A stretch of 64,000 nt of DNA from the NCBI GenBank assembly GCA_951406725.2, contig OX597820.1:18662001-18726000 (forward strand). Direction: 5' to 3'. The first letter of the stretch is position 1, and every line of letters begins with the position of its first letter. The translations under genes and the position numbers were made by a program. The notes below the pieces were generated by a model. The model was not told where the DNA came from and made no database searches. It worked only from the letters and a program-made list of their open reading frames with translations. This DNA comes from Octopus vulgaris. Its lineage: Eukaryota. Below are positions 13,930-27,115 of this stretch, piece by piece.

Positions 13930-15260
13930 GTGCCACGTACAAAGCACCCATGCTGGTGCCACATAAAAGGCACCCTGTGCTGGTGCCATGTAAAGAGCAC
14001 CCATACTGATGCCACATAAGAAGCATGTTGTGCTAATGTCATAATAAAGCACCCGCTATGCTGGTGCCATATAAGAAGTGCCTTGTGCCACTGCCATAAA
14101 AAGTATCCATGCTGGTGCCATGTGAAAGGCACCTGTACTGGTGCCACATAAGAAGTGCCTTTTGCCAGTGCCATATAAAGCACCCGTGCTGGTGCCATGT
14201 GAAAGGCACCTGTGCTGGTGCCTCATAAGAAGTGCCTTTTGCCAGTGCCATATAAAGCACCCGTGCTGGTGCCATGTGAAAGGCACCTGTACTGGTGCCA
14301 CATAAGAAGTGCCTTTTGCCAGTGCCATATAAAGCACCCGTGCTGGTGCCATGTGAAAGGCACCTGTACTGGTGCCACATAAGAAGTGCCTTTTGCCAGT
14401 GCCATATAAAGCACCCGTGCTGGTGCCATGTGAAAGGCACCTGTGCTGGTGCCACATAAGAAGTGCCTTTTGCCAGTGCCATATAAAGCACCCGTGCTGG
14501 TGCCATGTGAAAGGCACCTGTGCTGGTGCCACATAAGAAGTGCCTTTTGCCAGTGCCATATAAAGCACCCGTGCTGGTGCCATGTGAAAGGCACCTGTAC
14601 TGGTGCCACATAAGAAGTGCCTTTTGCCAGTGCCATATAAAGCACCCGTGCTGGTGCCATGTGAAAGGCACCTGTGCTGGTGCCACATAAGAAGTGCCTT
14701 TTGCCAGTGCCATATAAAGCACCCGTGCTGGTGCCATGTGAAAGGCACCTGTGCTGGTGCCACATAAGAAGTGCCTTGTGCCAGTGCCATATAAAGCACC
14801 CGTGCTGGTGCCATGTGAAAGGCACCTGTGCTGGTGCCACATAAGAAGTGCCTTTTGCCAGTGCCATATAAAGCACCCGTGCTGGTGCCATGTGAAAGGC
14901 ACCTGTTCTGGTGCCACATAAGAAGTGCCTTTTGCCAGTGCCATATAAAGCACCCGTGCTGGTGCCATGTGAAAGGCACCTGTGCTGGTGCCTCATAAGA
15001 AGTGCCTTTTGCCAGTGCCATATAAAGCACCCGTGCTGGTGCCATGAAAAAGGCACCTGGGCTGGTGTCACATAAGAAGTGCCTTGTGCCAGTGCCATAA
15101 AAAAGCACCCATGCTGGTGCCATGAGAAAGGCACCTGTGCTGGTGTCACATAAGAACTGCCTTGTGCCAGTGCCATAAAAAAGTACCCATGCTGGTGCCA
15201 TGTGAAAGACACTCGTGCTGGGGCCATGTTAAAACATAGCTTGTGCTGGTGTCACAAAAA
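13930..15260 (+). repeat. 77-bp minisatellite of three ~26-bp GCTGGTGCCA..AAAGCACC subunits, about 14 homogeneous units
   Basis: Unit starts at 14111, 14188 and onward (period 77). It runs into a family-E tail at about 15270. Confidence 0.95.
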
Positions 15261-16004
15261 TGAGCACTCTGCACATTACGTAAAGTGGTTGGCATTAGGA
15301 AGGGCATCCAGCTATAGAAACCATGCTACAACAGACAACTGGAGCCAGCCCTTGTCAAACGATCCAACCCATGCCAGCATGGAAAAACGGACATTCAATG
15401 ATGATGATGATGATGATGATTGTATACCGCCAAGATGCTACAATGAATTCCTGCATTTAGGAGATAAGAAATTCCAAGGTCTTACTAAACGAAGTGATAT
15501 ATCAGACATGCTAAAGATGATGTATTGAATAAAAATTGGCCTTTTTTCTTTTTTGGTAACATATGCGAGAACATGATTGCAGACATGCATGAACGAGGGT
15601 GTTCTTGCATGTGTGTGACTAAAAGTATGGAGTGTATATGGGTATATGAATGAGGGTGGTATGTGTTCACTATTCTGTATGGTATTGCGTGCTAGTGTGT
15701 GGGCCTTGTTTTCATGTTAGTGCATGTATGTATGTGTATAAATATGCGTATGTGTATATGTGCATGTGTGAAGACGTATCTGTCTTTGCCTGCAAGTGTT
15801 AAGTACTGGAATCAATGCAATTGACTAAAAGTCTTGAAAGCATAGGACCGTCTTGGCCACTGTCCAATGTCTGAAACTGGTAAAACACGAAAAGGACAAC
15901 GACGTAAGAAATCTATAGAATTTTGAAGAAAATGGTCTGAGAAATTGATTGAAAAGATCAGAGGAACTCTTAAAGAAAAACCTCATCACCATCATCGACA
16001 TATT

Positions 16005-16500
16005 CCTCTTTCCTCCTCTTCGTGCTCTTCCCCCTCTTCTTGCTCTTCATCCTCTTCTTGCTCTTCCTCCTCTTCTTGCTCTTCATCTTCTTCTTGCTCT
16101 TCCTCCACTTCTTGCTCTTCCTCCTCTTCTTGCTCTTTCCCCTCTTCTTGCTCTTCTTCTTCTTCTTCTTGCTCTTCCTCCTCTTCTTGCTCTTCATCTT
16201 CTTCTTGCTCTTCCTCCACTTCTTGCTCTTCATCCTCTTCTTGCTCTTCATTCTTCTTCTTGCTCTTCATCCCCTTCTTGCTCTTCATCCCCTTCTTGCT
16301 CTTCATCCACTTCTTGCTCCTCATCCCCTTCTTGCTCTTCATCCCCTTCTTGCTCTTCATCCCCTTCTTGCTCTTCATCCTCTTCTTGCTCCTCATCCTC
16401 TTCTTGCTCTTCATCCTCTTCTTGCTCTTCATTCTCTTCTTGCTCTTCATTCACTTCTTGCTCTTCATTCTCTTCTTGCTCTTCATCCTCTTCTTATTCT
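16005..16500. repeat. 18-bp minisatellite (CTCTTCATCCTCTTCTTG)n followed by a CT-rich tract
   Basis: Visible 18-bp periodicity. It explains the long ORFs at 15945-17130. Confidence 0.92.
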
Positions 16501-17186
16501 TCCTCCTCCTTCCTCCTCTTTATTCTTCCTCTTCCTTCCCCTCCTTCTCTTCCTCCTCCTTTTCTTTTTCTGCCTCCTCCTCCACCTCTTCTTCCTCCTC
16601 TTCCTTCTTCTACCCTTCCTCCTCTTCTTTCCCCATTTTCTCCTCTTCCTCCACTAACTTTTCTTAATCTTCTTCTCCTTCTTCTTTTTTCTCCCCCTCC
16701 CCTCTTCCTCATCATCATGAACATCATCACCATCACTATAATGTCTAATTTTCCATGCTTGCACAAGTCAGACAGACTTCACTGGGACAAATTTTTCTTT
16801 ACAGCCAGATGCTCTTCCTGTAGACAACCCTCACCTGCTTCCAAGTCAGGTGATATTTCCTTATGTTTGAACATATGGACATATTTGCATGGAAGACTGG
16901 AAACGGGGGGGGGGGCTGCTGGCATGTTAGTGACACTCATTTACAAACATGTCCAGATAAGAACTCACACACACTTACACACACCCACGCTTAACTTTCC
17001 TGTATTGCCTTTTTGTGCTCATTGCCTAAGATATGTACACTCACAGACACACACAAAGACACATGCACACACACAAACACACACACACATGCACACACAA
17101 ACATATGCACATGATAGACTCTTCCATTGAAGATGATGAACGAGCATTCAGTGTTTGCCAAACAACTCGCACAAATGATTTGTTTA

Positions 17187-17572
17187 TAGGCGTAGGAGTG
17201 GCTGTGTGGTAAGTAGCTTGCTTACAAACCACATGGTTCTGGTTTCAGTCTACTATAGCCTCAGGCTGACCAAAGCCTTGTGAATGAATTTGGTAGACGG
17301 AAACTGAAAGGAGCCCGTTGTATATATATGTATGTATGTGTGTGTGTGTGTGTGTGTATGTGTTTGTGTGTCTGTGTTTGTCCCCCACCATCACTTGACA
17401 ACCGATGCTGGTGTGTTTACATCCCTGTAACTTAGTAGTTCACCAAAAGAGTGCGATAGAATAAGTACTAGGCTTACAAAGAATAAGTCCTGGGGTCGAT
17501 TTGCATGACTAAAGGTGGTGCTCCAGTATGGCCACAGTCAAAAGACTGAAACAAGTAAAAGAGTAAAAGAGT
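17187..17572 (+). mobile_element. SINE family A, near full length
   Basis: AGGCGTAGGAGTGGCTGTGTGG head through GAAACAAGTAAAAGAGTAAAAGAG tail. Confidence 0.88.
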
Positions 17573-17599
17573 ATATATATATATAAATATTTCGCAATA

Positions 17600-17970
17600 C
17601 TTTTTTTCGTTCAGCGTTAACAGCCCTCCTTATCTTGTTTTTCCTTGTCCTGTCTTTTACTGTTTATAATTTGTACTGTCGCTACTGTCCTGTTTTTGTT
17701 ACCATTTTTTATCCCTCTGCGAAAAGATCTCAGAATTTTAATTGATTTGCTTTTCGCAGGAAGGAAAGTTTCTTGTTGAAGATATGTCTCGCTTTTATCC
17801 TTCGAAACGTAGAGTAGATGAAACCATAGCGACTGAAGAAGGGGTTTTTTCTTTGTGTTAATTGTCCTGTACTCTTTTTTTGTTGTTTAAAAAAATCTGT
17901 CCAGTTCCTTTGGTTTGTGTCAATGTGTTCATTTCTCATTGTGTTCGACGTCCTTTTGGTGTCCTGTACT
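17600..17970 (+). mobile_element. Probable Penelope pseudo-LTR remnant with degenerate hammerhead (17770-17814)
   Basis: TTC-TTGTTGA-AGATA..TATCCTTC-GAAAC-GTA-GAG. Upstream hairpin CTGCGAAAAG/CTTTTCGCAG. Flanked by TA-rich repeats. Confidence 0.45.
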
Positions 17971-18084
17971 CATATATGCGTGTATATGTACATGTAGAGG
18001 TAGGTACGTACATATATGTTTATCTATATGCATATGTTTTATTTTATTTATTTAATATATATATATATATATATATATAAAACT

Positions 18085-18850
18085 ATGAAAGAGAGAACAA
18101 ATTTCAAAGGTCAGTGTTCATATTCACTCAATATATTTCAAAGTGTCGGAATATTCCACAGCATACATCGGTGCATTCATATACACAAGATATAATAGAA
18201 TAATTTATAAATATATGAATATATAAAGATACATAAATGTACTTCCGAGGTTGAATGTCCGTATTAAAACCAATGAGGACATTAAAATATGTGGATGGTG
18301 AATGTATAATGGTAATCCAAATAGAAGAGAAATCTGGTATAGAATGATTTAAAATGGAATCTTGAGCAGGTACAAAGTCCGACAGCTGTTTCGAGAAGAT
18401 ACAGGTTAGTATGGGCGAGTTAATTCCACCCCTTACAATCATCTATATTTCTCTCATCAGAGTTTATAGAAGAGTTATTTAAATCTAAAGAATTTAATAA
18501 AAGAGTTATTTAAATCTTAAAGTTTTAAGCAACATGAGAAATTTAAGAATTTTTAAAAATCGAATGCTCTTTCGGAACATACTGTCCAGACGGATGACAT
18601 AATAAGAGCTAAAATTACATTTTTAAATAAATTATGAAGCTATAGATAATAGTGTTTTAAGATGAATCCAAATACATAAAGGGCAACAAGGTTAAAATTA
18701 TAGAAACTAATTATTTTTGGGAAAAAATTTAAAAGTTGATAAATATTTATGTCTACAAAGAATAATGACATCCAAGATATTGTTGAGTAAAATTGTTTTG
18801 TCAGTACGAGTATATAGATTGCTTCTTTTGTGCATAATTTATAGTTTCTG
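18085..18850 (-). mobile_element. Penelope-like element 3' end with pseudo-LTR
   Basis: Minus-strand translation near 18730-18835, with a frameshift, gives CTKEAIYIL..DKTILLNNILDVIILCRHK, matching the Penelope C-terminal C..E...IL...LLN....CRH pattern. A hammerhead lies downstream. Confidence 0.7.
18371..18468 (-). ncRNA. Type I hammerhead ribozyme with intact core and long stem II
   Basis: Minus strand TATAAACT-CTGATGA-GAGAAATATAG...CTGTATCTTCTC-GAAAC-AGCT-GTC-GGACTTTGTA: canonical CUGAUGA, GAAA and GUC triplet, palindromic CAGCTG stem III, imperfect stem I. Confidence 0.8.
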
Positions 18851-18860
18851 ATATATGGAT

Positions 18861-18909
<49 letters not shown>

Positions 18910-19223
18910 CTATACAATATGTACATTATGTAGTCAGATAAACCTGAGTCAGATAAGTGAAATCACAACACCATCTTCGACTGTATTTGAAAGTATGAAA
19001 AATCCGAATAAGGAAATACTGTGTTGCTGTCTTTACATCGCTCCCATTTTCGTCATAAAAATTATATAAGTACGATGTATAAGTCGCAGGCAACAGAGTT
19101 TCAGTAATTTCCTTTTTAAGTTGTTATATATATACTTTTCTTGACTAGTTATATTGTATAATAAATTTCTCTATTTACATAATATTGGTCTCTTTCTTTC
19201 TTTCTTTTGTTATCTTACCGTTT

Positions 19224-19306
<83 letters not shown>

Positions 19307-19307
<1 letters not shown>

Positions 19308-19617
19308 GAGGTGCAATGGCCCAGTGGTTAGGGCAGTGGACTCGCGGTCGTAGGATCGCGGTTTCGATTCCCAGACCAGGCGTTGTGAGTGTTTATTGTG
19401 CGAAAGCACCTAAAGCTCCACGAGGCTCCGGCAGGGGATGGTGGCGATCCCTGCTGTACTCTTTCGCCACAACTTTCTCTCACTCTTTCTTCTGTTGGCC
19501 TGCTCACTTAGCCAGCGGGGTGGCGTCATTTGAAGGCTAAAACAATGCGAAGCACATTGTGATCAGCGACGTGTAGCAACATCTGATAGCCTGGTCGATC
19601 ACGGTAATCACGGTGAT
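19307..19617 (+). mobile_element. tRNA-derived SINE, family C
   Basis: A box TGGCCCAGTGG, B-box-like GTTTCGATTCC, tail ATCACGGTGAT. An inverted homologue lies at 55294-55593. Confidence 0.85.
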
Positions 19618-19755
19618 ATATATATATATACACACATATGTATATATATGTATATTTAATGTACGATAAAAATTTTTCGAAAAAAAAATTTTATCAATGG
19701 CCAGCATGTTAAAAAATACCTTTAAAGGTTAAAATTATAAACAACTTATTAAGTT

Positions 19756-19795
<40 letters not shown>

Positions 19796-20330
19796 CACCT
19801 TGAGAGAAGAGTTGAGCATAAGAGACATCAGGTGTAGTGTGCAAGAGAGACAACTGCACTGGTATGGTCATGCAATGCATATGGTTGAGAACAGCTGTGT
19901 AAAGAAGTGCCGATCTCTTACTGTGAAGGGCACCTGTGGTAAAGGTAGACACAGGGAGACATGGGATGAGGTGGTGAAGCATGATCTTTGAATTTTGGAT
20001 CTCACAGAGGCAATGACTAGTGATCAAGACCTTTGGCGATATGCTGTGCTTCAGAAGACCCGTCAAGCCAAGAGAAATCGTAGTTGTGACTGATGCTGGT
20101 GTTGTGTAGCTGGCACACATGATGGTGGTACGTAAAGAGTACCTTTTGAGCACTGGGCCTCACAGAGGCAAAGTGGCAGATGCTGGTGGCACAGAGGCAA
20201 TAACTGAGACCTCTGGCATTATGCTGTGCTTGAGAAGAAGACCCATCAAGCCAAGTAAAATTGCAGTCGTGGCAGATACTGGTGTCCTGCAAATGGCACC
20301 CATGCTGGTGCCATGTAAAAGTACCCATTA
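19796..20330 (+). mobile_element. RTE (BovB-like) LINE 3' fragment with 3' UTR subrepeats
   Basis: LREELSIRDIRCSVQERQLHWYGHAMHM...CGKGRHRETWDEVVKHDL matches the RTE C-terminal LRWYGH..GRGRP..TW..DL motif. Confidence 0.8.
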
Positions 20331-20423
20331 CTATAGCTCAAGGCTATGACAGAATACAATTGACCAAGGTACCATGCAGTGGGACTGAACCCAGAACCAT
20401 GGAGTCGAAAAGCAAGCTTCTTA

Positions 20424-20835
20424 TTTCTTTAGTGCCCGCAAGGGTCTATACACACAGGGGACAAACAAGGCCAGACAAATGGATTAAGTCGATTATATCG
20501 ACCCCAGTGCATAACTGGTACTTATTTAATCGACCCTGAAAGGATGAAAGGCAAAGTCGACCTAAGCAGAATTTGAACTCAGAATGTAGCAGCAGACGAA
20601 ATATCTATTTTTTACTACCCACAAGGGGCTAAACACAGAGAGGACAAACAAGGACAGACAAACGGATTAAGTCAATTATATCACCCCCAGTGCATAACTG
20701 GTATTTATTTAATCGACCCCGAAAGGATGAAAGGCAAAGTCGACCTCGGCGGAATTTGAACTCAGAACATAGCAGCAGATGAAATACCGCTAAGTATTTT
20801 GCCCGGAGTGCTAATGTTTCAGCCAGCTCACCACG
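20424..20835 (-). mobile_element. SINE family B head-to-tail dimer inserted in a family A head
   Basis: Two body units share one head. The imperfect flanking duplication is GAAAAGCAAGCTTCTTA / GGAAAGCAGGTTTCTTA. Confidence 0.8.
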
Positions 20836-21460
20836 TGGAAAGCAGGTTTCTTACCACACAGCCACACCTGTACCTATTATGCTCTAAAAATGCAGCCATG
20901 CCTGCACCTGTTATGCTTTAAGAAACCTTAACTATGGAACAAGAATCAAAGCTTAAAACATTATTGAAATTTTTAACATAACAAAGCAATGTTGTCAAGA
21001 TCTACAAAGCAGAAATGAATGTATCAAAAGAGAAAAAAGAAAAATTTATAAAACATGTAATTTCCATGGGTCCCTGCTAGTGGAGACTAATGGAATAATT
21101 ATAGAAATTCAGAGATAAGACTGAAATTAATTGAAGTGTAAATTATCTTAAATTGATAAAGCAGATCATAGTAACAGCTAAAGCAGATGATAGAAGTTGA
21201 TGAAGTTGATTGGAGAGGCTGTTTGATCAGATATTGGAAACTAATAGAATAATCAGAGAAATTTGCAGAGAGACGAGTGAGTTAAATTGAAGAACAGATG
21301 TTGGAAACTGCCAAAGCAGTTCAAAGAAAGAGACAGGCAGAGAGAAAGGAGGGAGGAAGGGGGGAGAGAAAAGGAGAGGCGAGCGGACAGTGATACAGAA
21401 AGGGGAGAAGATGGAGAAGGTTGTGTAAACTTATAAGAAGATTTCGATAAATGAAATTCA

Positions 21461-21475
21461 GTGCTACTACTGCAG

Positions 21476-21533
<58 letters not shown>

Positions 21534-21580
21534 CACCACCACCACCACCACCAGCCACTACTACTACCACCACCACCACC

Positions 21581-21651
<71 letters not shown>

Positions 21652-21652
21652 C

Positions 21653-21711
<59 letters not shown>

Positions 21712-21757
21712 CACCACCACCACCGCCACTACTACTACCACCACCACCACCACCACC

Positions 21758-21798
<41 letters not shown>
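21461..21798. repeat. Alternating (CTA)n/(CCA)n trinucleotide array
   Basis: Visible blocks of TAC and CAC. Confidence 0.95.
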
Positions 21799-22206
21799 AG
21801 GCACTCTGTCAGTTATGACGACAAGGATTCCAGTTCATTTGTTCAACGGAACAGCCTGCTCATGAAATTAATGTGCAAGTAGCAGGGTACTCCACAGATA
21901 CTCATCGTACCCTTAATGTAGTTCTCAGGGAGATTCATGCTGCTGTGCAAGTGGCTGAGTACTCCAGAGACCAGCATAACCTTAAAGTAGTTCTGAGAGT
22001 GATTCAGCGTGACACAGAATGTGACAAGGCTGGCCCCTTTCAATAACAGGTACCACTCGTTTTTGCCAGTTGACTCAACTGGAGCAATGTGAAATAAAGT
22101 GTCTTGTTGAAGGACATCATTCCTTGCCAGGAATTGAACTCATGACCTTATGATTGTGTGCTGAATACACTAACCAATACCCTAACCACCAAGCCACATG
22201 CCTTCA
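21799..22206 (-). mobile_element. tRNA-derived SINE with family-D type head
   Basis: Minus strand GAAGGCATGTGGCTTGGTGGTTAGG..GAGTTCAATTCC..CAAGACACTTTATTTCAC. Confidence 0.7.
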
Positions 22207-23307
22207 AATGAATTAAGTGTGTATATATGGTTAAGAAGAAGCAATTTACGAAAGTTTACATGAAAGACAGGAAAGAATAGACACTGCTTGTATGCCGAAC
22301 CTCTGAGTTACGGGGACGTAAACACACCAGCATCGGTTGTCAAGCGATATTGGGGAGACAAACATAGATATATATATATACATATAAACGACGGGCTTCT
22401 TCCAGTTCTCGCCTACCAAATCCACTCACAAGGCTTTGGTCGGCCCGAGGCTATAGTAAAAGACACTTGCCCAAGGTGCCACGCAGTGGGACTGAACCCA
22501 GAACCATGTGGTTGGTAAGCAAGCTACTTACCATACAGCCACTCCTGTGCCTATTTTTATTTATTTTCACATCAGAACACAGTGATTTTGGTTTCAGTTC
22601 TCAGGCAGCGAGTCCATGTTTGAGACTTTACCAATATTTCTGCTGTCACTGAAACCACGATAAATGTTATTGGATCATACTTGCCTGCTAGTGATGGCTA
22701 GGTATACTAATTTTAATATTATACCTTGTCGACTGTAATGCTGCTCATGGGTTTCCAATGAGACAGTCAGAGGCCCACTGTTTTTGCAATGACAGGAATA
22801 ATAACGGTTTCAAATTTTGGGACAAGGCCAGCAATTTCAGGGGAGGTGGGTAAGTCAATTACAATAATCTCAGTATTCATCTGGTACTAAGTTTATTGAC
22901 CCTGAAAGGATAAAAGACAAAGTCAACCTTGGCAGAATTTGAACCCAGAACCTAAAGGTGGACAAAATGCTGCTCGCTGCTTTGAATGATAGGAATAAAT
23001 ATGATTTCAAATTTTGGCACAAGGCCAGCAATTTCAGGATAGGGGTTAAGTTGATTACTTCGACCCCAGTATTCAACTGGTACTTGATTTATTGACCCTG
23101 AAAGGACAAAAGGCAAAGTCGACCTCAGGGAAATTTGAACTCAGAATCCAAAAGCAGATGAAATGTTGTTGAGCATTTCGCCTGGTGTGGTAACCATTCT
23201 GCCAGCTCGCTGGCTTGAATGCCATGAAAAATAATGGAATATCAGGAGAGTTAGGGTATTATTGTTGATGTTTACATCTGTTGATATCTATCTATCCATC
23301 TATCTGT

Positions 23308-23384
<77 letters not shown>

Positions 23385-23525
23385 AATCTGTCTGTCAGTT
23401 CATCTATATTTCTGTCAGTCCTTCTGTCTGTCTATCTATCTATCTATCTATATATATATATATATATCTATCTATCTATTTATCTGTTTGTCCGTCCATC
23501 CGTCCATCAATCCATCCATCCATCC

Positions 23526-23591
<66 letters not shown>

Positions 23592-23649
23592 TTGTCTATC
23601 TAGCTACATATCTGTCCATTGGATGGGGGGCATTTTGCACGTATATCTA

Positions 23650-23726
<77 letters not shown>

Positions 23727-24093
23727 GCCTGTCTGTCTGTCTGTCTATCTATCCATTTTCTGTGTTTAGCCCTGTGTGGCCACAATAAAAAGTTATCTAT
23801 CCATTTTTTTTTACCACAATCTCTTTTGATCGAAATTCTACTCTGCCCTTTTTTTTCTCTTCTTCTTCCCAAAAAGAAAAGCTCTACTTGTATTTTGTAA
23901 AGAAACATATCTATGTGTCTATCTATCTATCTATCTATCTACCTACCTATCTTTTTATCTATCTATCTATTCATCTATATATCTGTCGATGTATGTATGT
24001 ATGTATGTATCTATCTATCTATCTATCTACATATCTATCTATATCTATTTATCTACATATCTATTTATCTATCTATTTATCTATCTATTTATT

Positions 24094-24149
<56 letters not shown>

Positions 24150-24430
24150 AAGAGAGAGAAAGAGGGAGAGAGGGTGGAGAGGGGAGAGAGAGGGAGAGCA
24201 CTGAAAAACACACACTCACGTGCAAACACACCCCAACACACACACAAAGAAATGCACACCTATACATACGTGTAACTATACACACATACACATGCATATA
24301 TGGATCATGTGTCTATACATATGTATGAATTGATGATTTAAGTATCAATAATATCTTTGAACTGATTTGATCGATTATTACAAACTCCTCTCAAATTTGT
24401 GCCAAATTAAGAAATCACTGAGTATGTATG

Positions 24431-24465
<35 letters not shown>

Positions 24466-24802
24466 AAGTGTGTGAGTGTGTGTGTATAATCATGTAAGTA
24501 CTAATAATATGGATGAAGTGATTTGATTAATTATGACAACTTCATAAATTTGTGCCAGACTATACATACATACATGCATATATACACACACATATATACC
24601 CACACATACATACATACATATATATATGTATATATGCAGATATATATGCAGGTATATATATATATATATATATAATTTATATATACACATATATACATCA
24701 TATATAAATATATATATATGCACATACATATATATCTACATCTCTCTCTCTCTCTCTCTCTCTTTCTCTAACTCCACACACATAAATGTGTGTGCATGTG
24801 CA

Positions 24803-24837
<35 letters not shown>

Positions 24838-25151
24838 CATCATCATCATCATCGTTTAACGTCTGTTTTCCATGCTAGTATGGGTTGGACGGTTCGACCG
24901 GGGTCTGGGAAGTCAAGAGGCTGCACCAGGCTCCAGTCTGATCTGGCAGTGTTTCTACAGCTGGATGCCCTTCCTAACGTCAACCACTCCGTGAGTGTAG
25001 TGGATGCTTTTTACATGCCACCGGCACAGGTGCCAGGGGAGGCTGGCAACAGCCACAATTGGTTGGTGGTTTTTATGTGCCACATACGGATGGTGCATTT
25101 TACATGCCACTGGCACAGGTATCGCAACCACAATTTCTATTTGATTTTTGA

Positions 25152-25194
<43 letters not shown>

Positions 25195-25198
25195 CACA

Positions 25199-25234
<36 letters not shown>

Positions 25235-25887
25235 AAACCTCAAAAGGAGGAAAGGTAGTTTTTGATGGGAGGGAATGTCATTTATATCGACCCCAGTATT
25301 TGACTAATCCTTATTTTATTCACACACACCCCACACCCCCTATTAAAAAAAGATGGAAGGCAAAGTCAACCATGGTAGAATTTAAAAGATCACCAAAATG
25401 TTGTTAAGCATTCTGTCCAGTGTACTAATAGTTCTGGCAGGTGCTGCCTTCTTGAAATATATCAATAATGGTTTGAAATTTTAGCACAAGGCCAGCAATT
25501 TCGGTGGGGGGAGGGAGGAGGTAAGTCAATTATATGGACCCCAGCGTTTGACTGGTACTCATCTAATTGACCTTGTAAGGCTGAAATGCAAAGTTGATCT
25601 TGATGGAGGAGTGCCAATGCAAAGAGCTGCAAAAATTCTATGAATCAATAATAATAATAATGGTTTCAAATTTTGGCACAAGGCCAGCAATTTTTGGGGT
25701 GGGGGATGAGTCGAATACTTTGACCCCCAGTTCTCAACTGGTACTTATTTTATCGAACCAGAAAGGAAGAAAAACAAATTTGACCTTAGCAGAATTTGAA
25801 CTCAGAACTAGGATGGTTGAAATGCAGCTAAGCATTCTGCCCAACATGTTAATGATCCTGCCAGCTTACTGCCTTAAATGATAATAA

Positions 25888-25988
<101 letters not shown>

Positions 25989-26023
25989 TGATAATAATAA
26001 TAAATGGCCAGCTTACTACCTTA

Positions 26024-26060
<37 letters not shown>

Positions 26061-26960
26061 GGCCTGGTGCAGTATCAGGCAGTGGTTCTCATGGCTTCTG
26101 ATTTTAACTGATTGGAAGTGTTATCCTGTACATTGTTTTGTCTTGGTATAAAAGATGGTATAAAACACAGACATACACACACACACATATATATGACAGG
26201 CTTTTCAGTTTCCATCTACCAAATCCACTCACAAGGCTTTGGTCGGCCCGAGGCTATAGTAGAAGACACTTGCCCAAGGTACCACATAGTGGACTGAACC
26301 CAGAGCCCTGTGGCTGGTAAGCAAGCTTCTTACCACACAGCCACTCCTTCACTAATGTTTGGAAAATAAATTAACAGGAAATTTTAGAGAAAAGTTTTAA
26401 CTTACAGCACTGTAAAACACAAAACTTCTTTAATAAAACCAAAGGCAGATGGTTTGTTATGAAAAGAGTTAAACGAAGATGAGATGATCACTGCTTGAAT
26501 ATCTTACCTTCTGGTTGTACTCAGTTAGGAATTTCCTGGGTTTAAACAACGACAACAACAGCAGTAATGAATATATTGAAATTGATAAATATTTTAATTT
26601 GTTTTCTTTTGAGGATATTGGTGGAATTTTAACATTTGAAATTCGAAATAAACACATACAATAAATAAGTCAATACGAAGAGAACAAAATAATATTTTCA
26701 ATTAAAAATATCAGCTGCATCCTCTTGAAGCAAGGAAGCTTCTGAGCCAACAAGGGAATCACTAAGTCACCAAAACAGCATGCTACTAATAGCAGCTACG
26801 TTTCCCTCGAATCACATACAAACGTGTTATGAACTGATGCATTGAGCAATTAAGTGATGCTTTAATGGTATGTAGGCAAAAGACAGAATGATCATAAACC
26901 TGCTTGGTCAAGACTGACCTGGGGCTAAAGAACAGTATGAACTAAAGAACATATGCCCAC

Positions 26961-27059
26961 GGGCATATGGCGTAGTGGTTAGGAGCATGGGCTAGTAACC
27001 ACAAGATTCCGAGTTCGATTCCAGGCAGTGACCTGAATAATAATAATAATGATAATAAT

Positions 27060-27115
<56 letters not shown>

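Noticed and set aside
14039-15227. Three overlapping 300-380 aa ORFs and a CRISPR-like regular array
   Set aside because: The 77-bp unit is not a multiple of three, so the same peptides rotate through all frames. There are no unique spacers or cas genes, and the context is eukaryotic.
15945-17130. 393-aa and other long ORFs
   Set aside because: Translations of an 18-bp minisatellite and CT-rich tract running into SINE/RTE-tail sequence.
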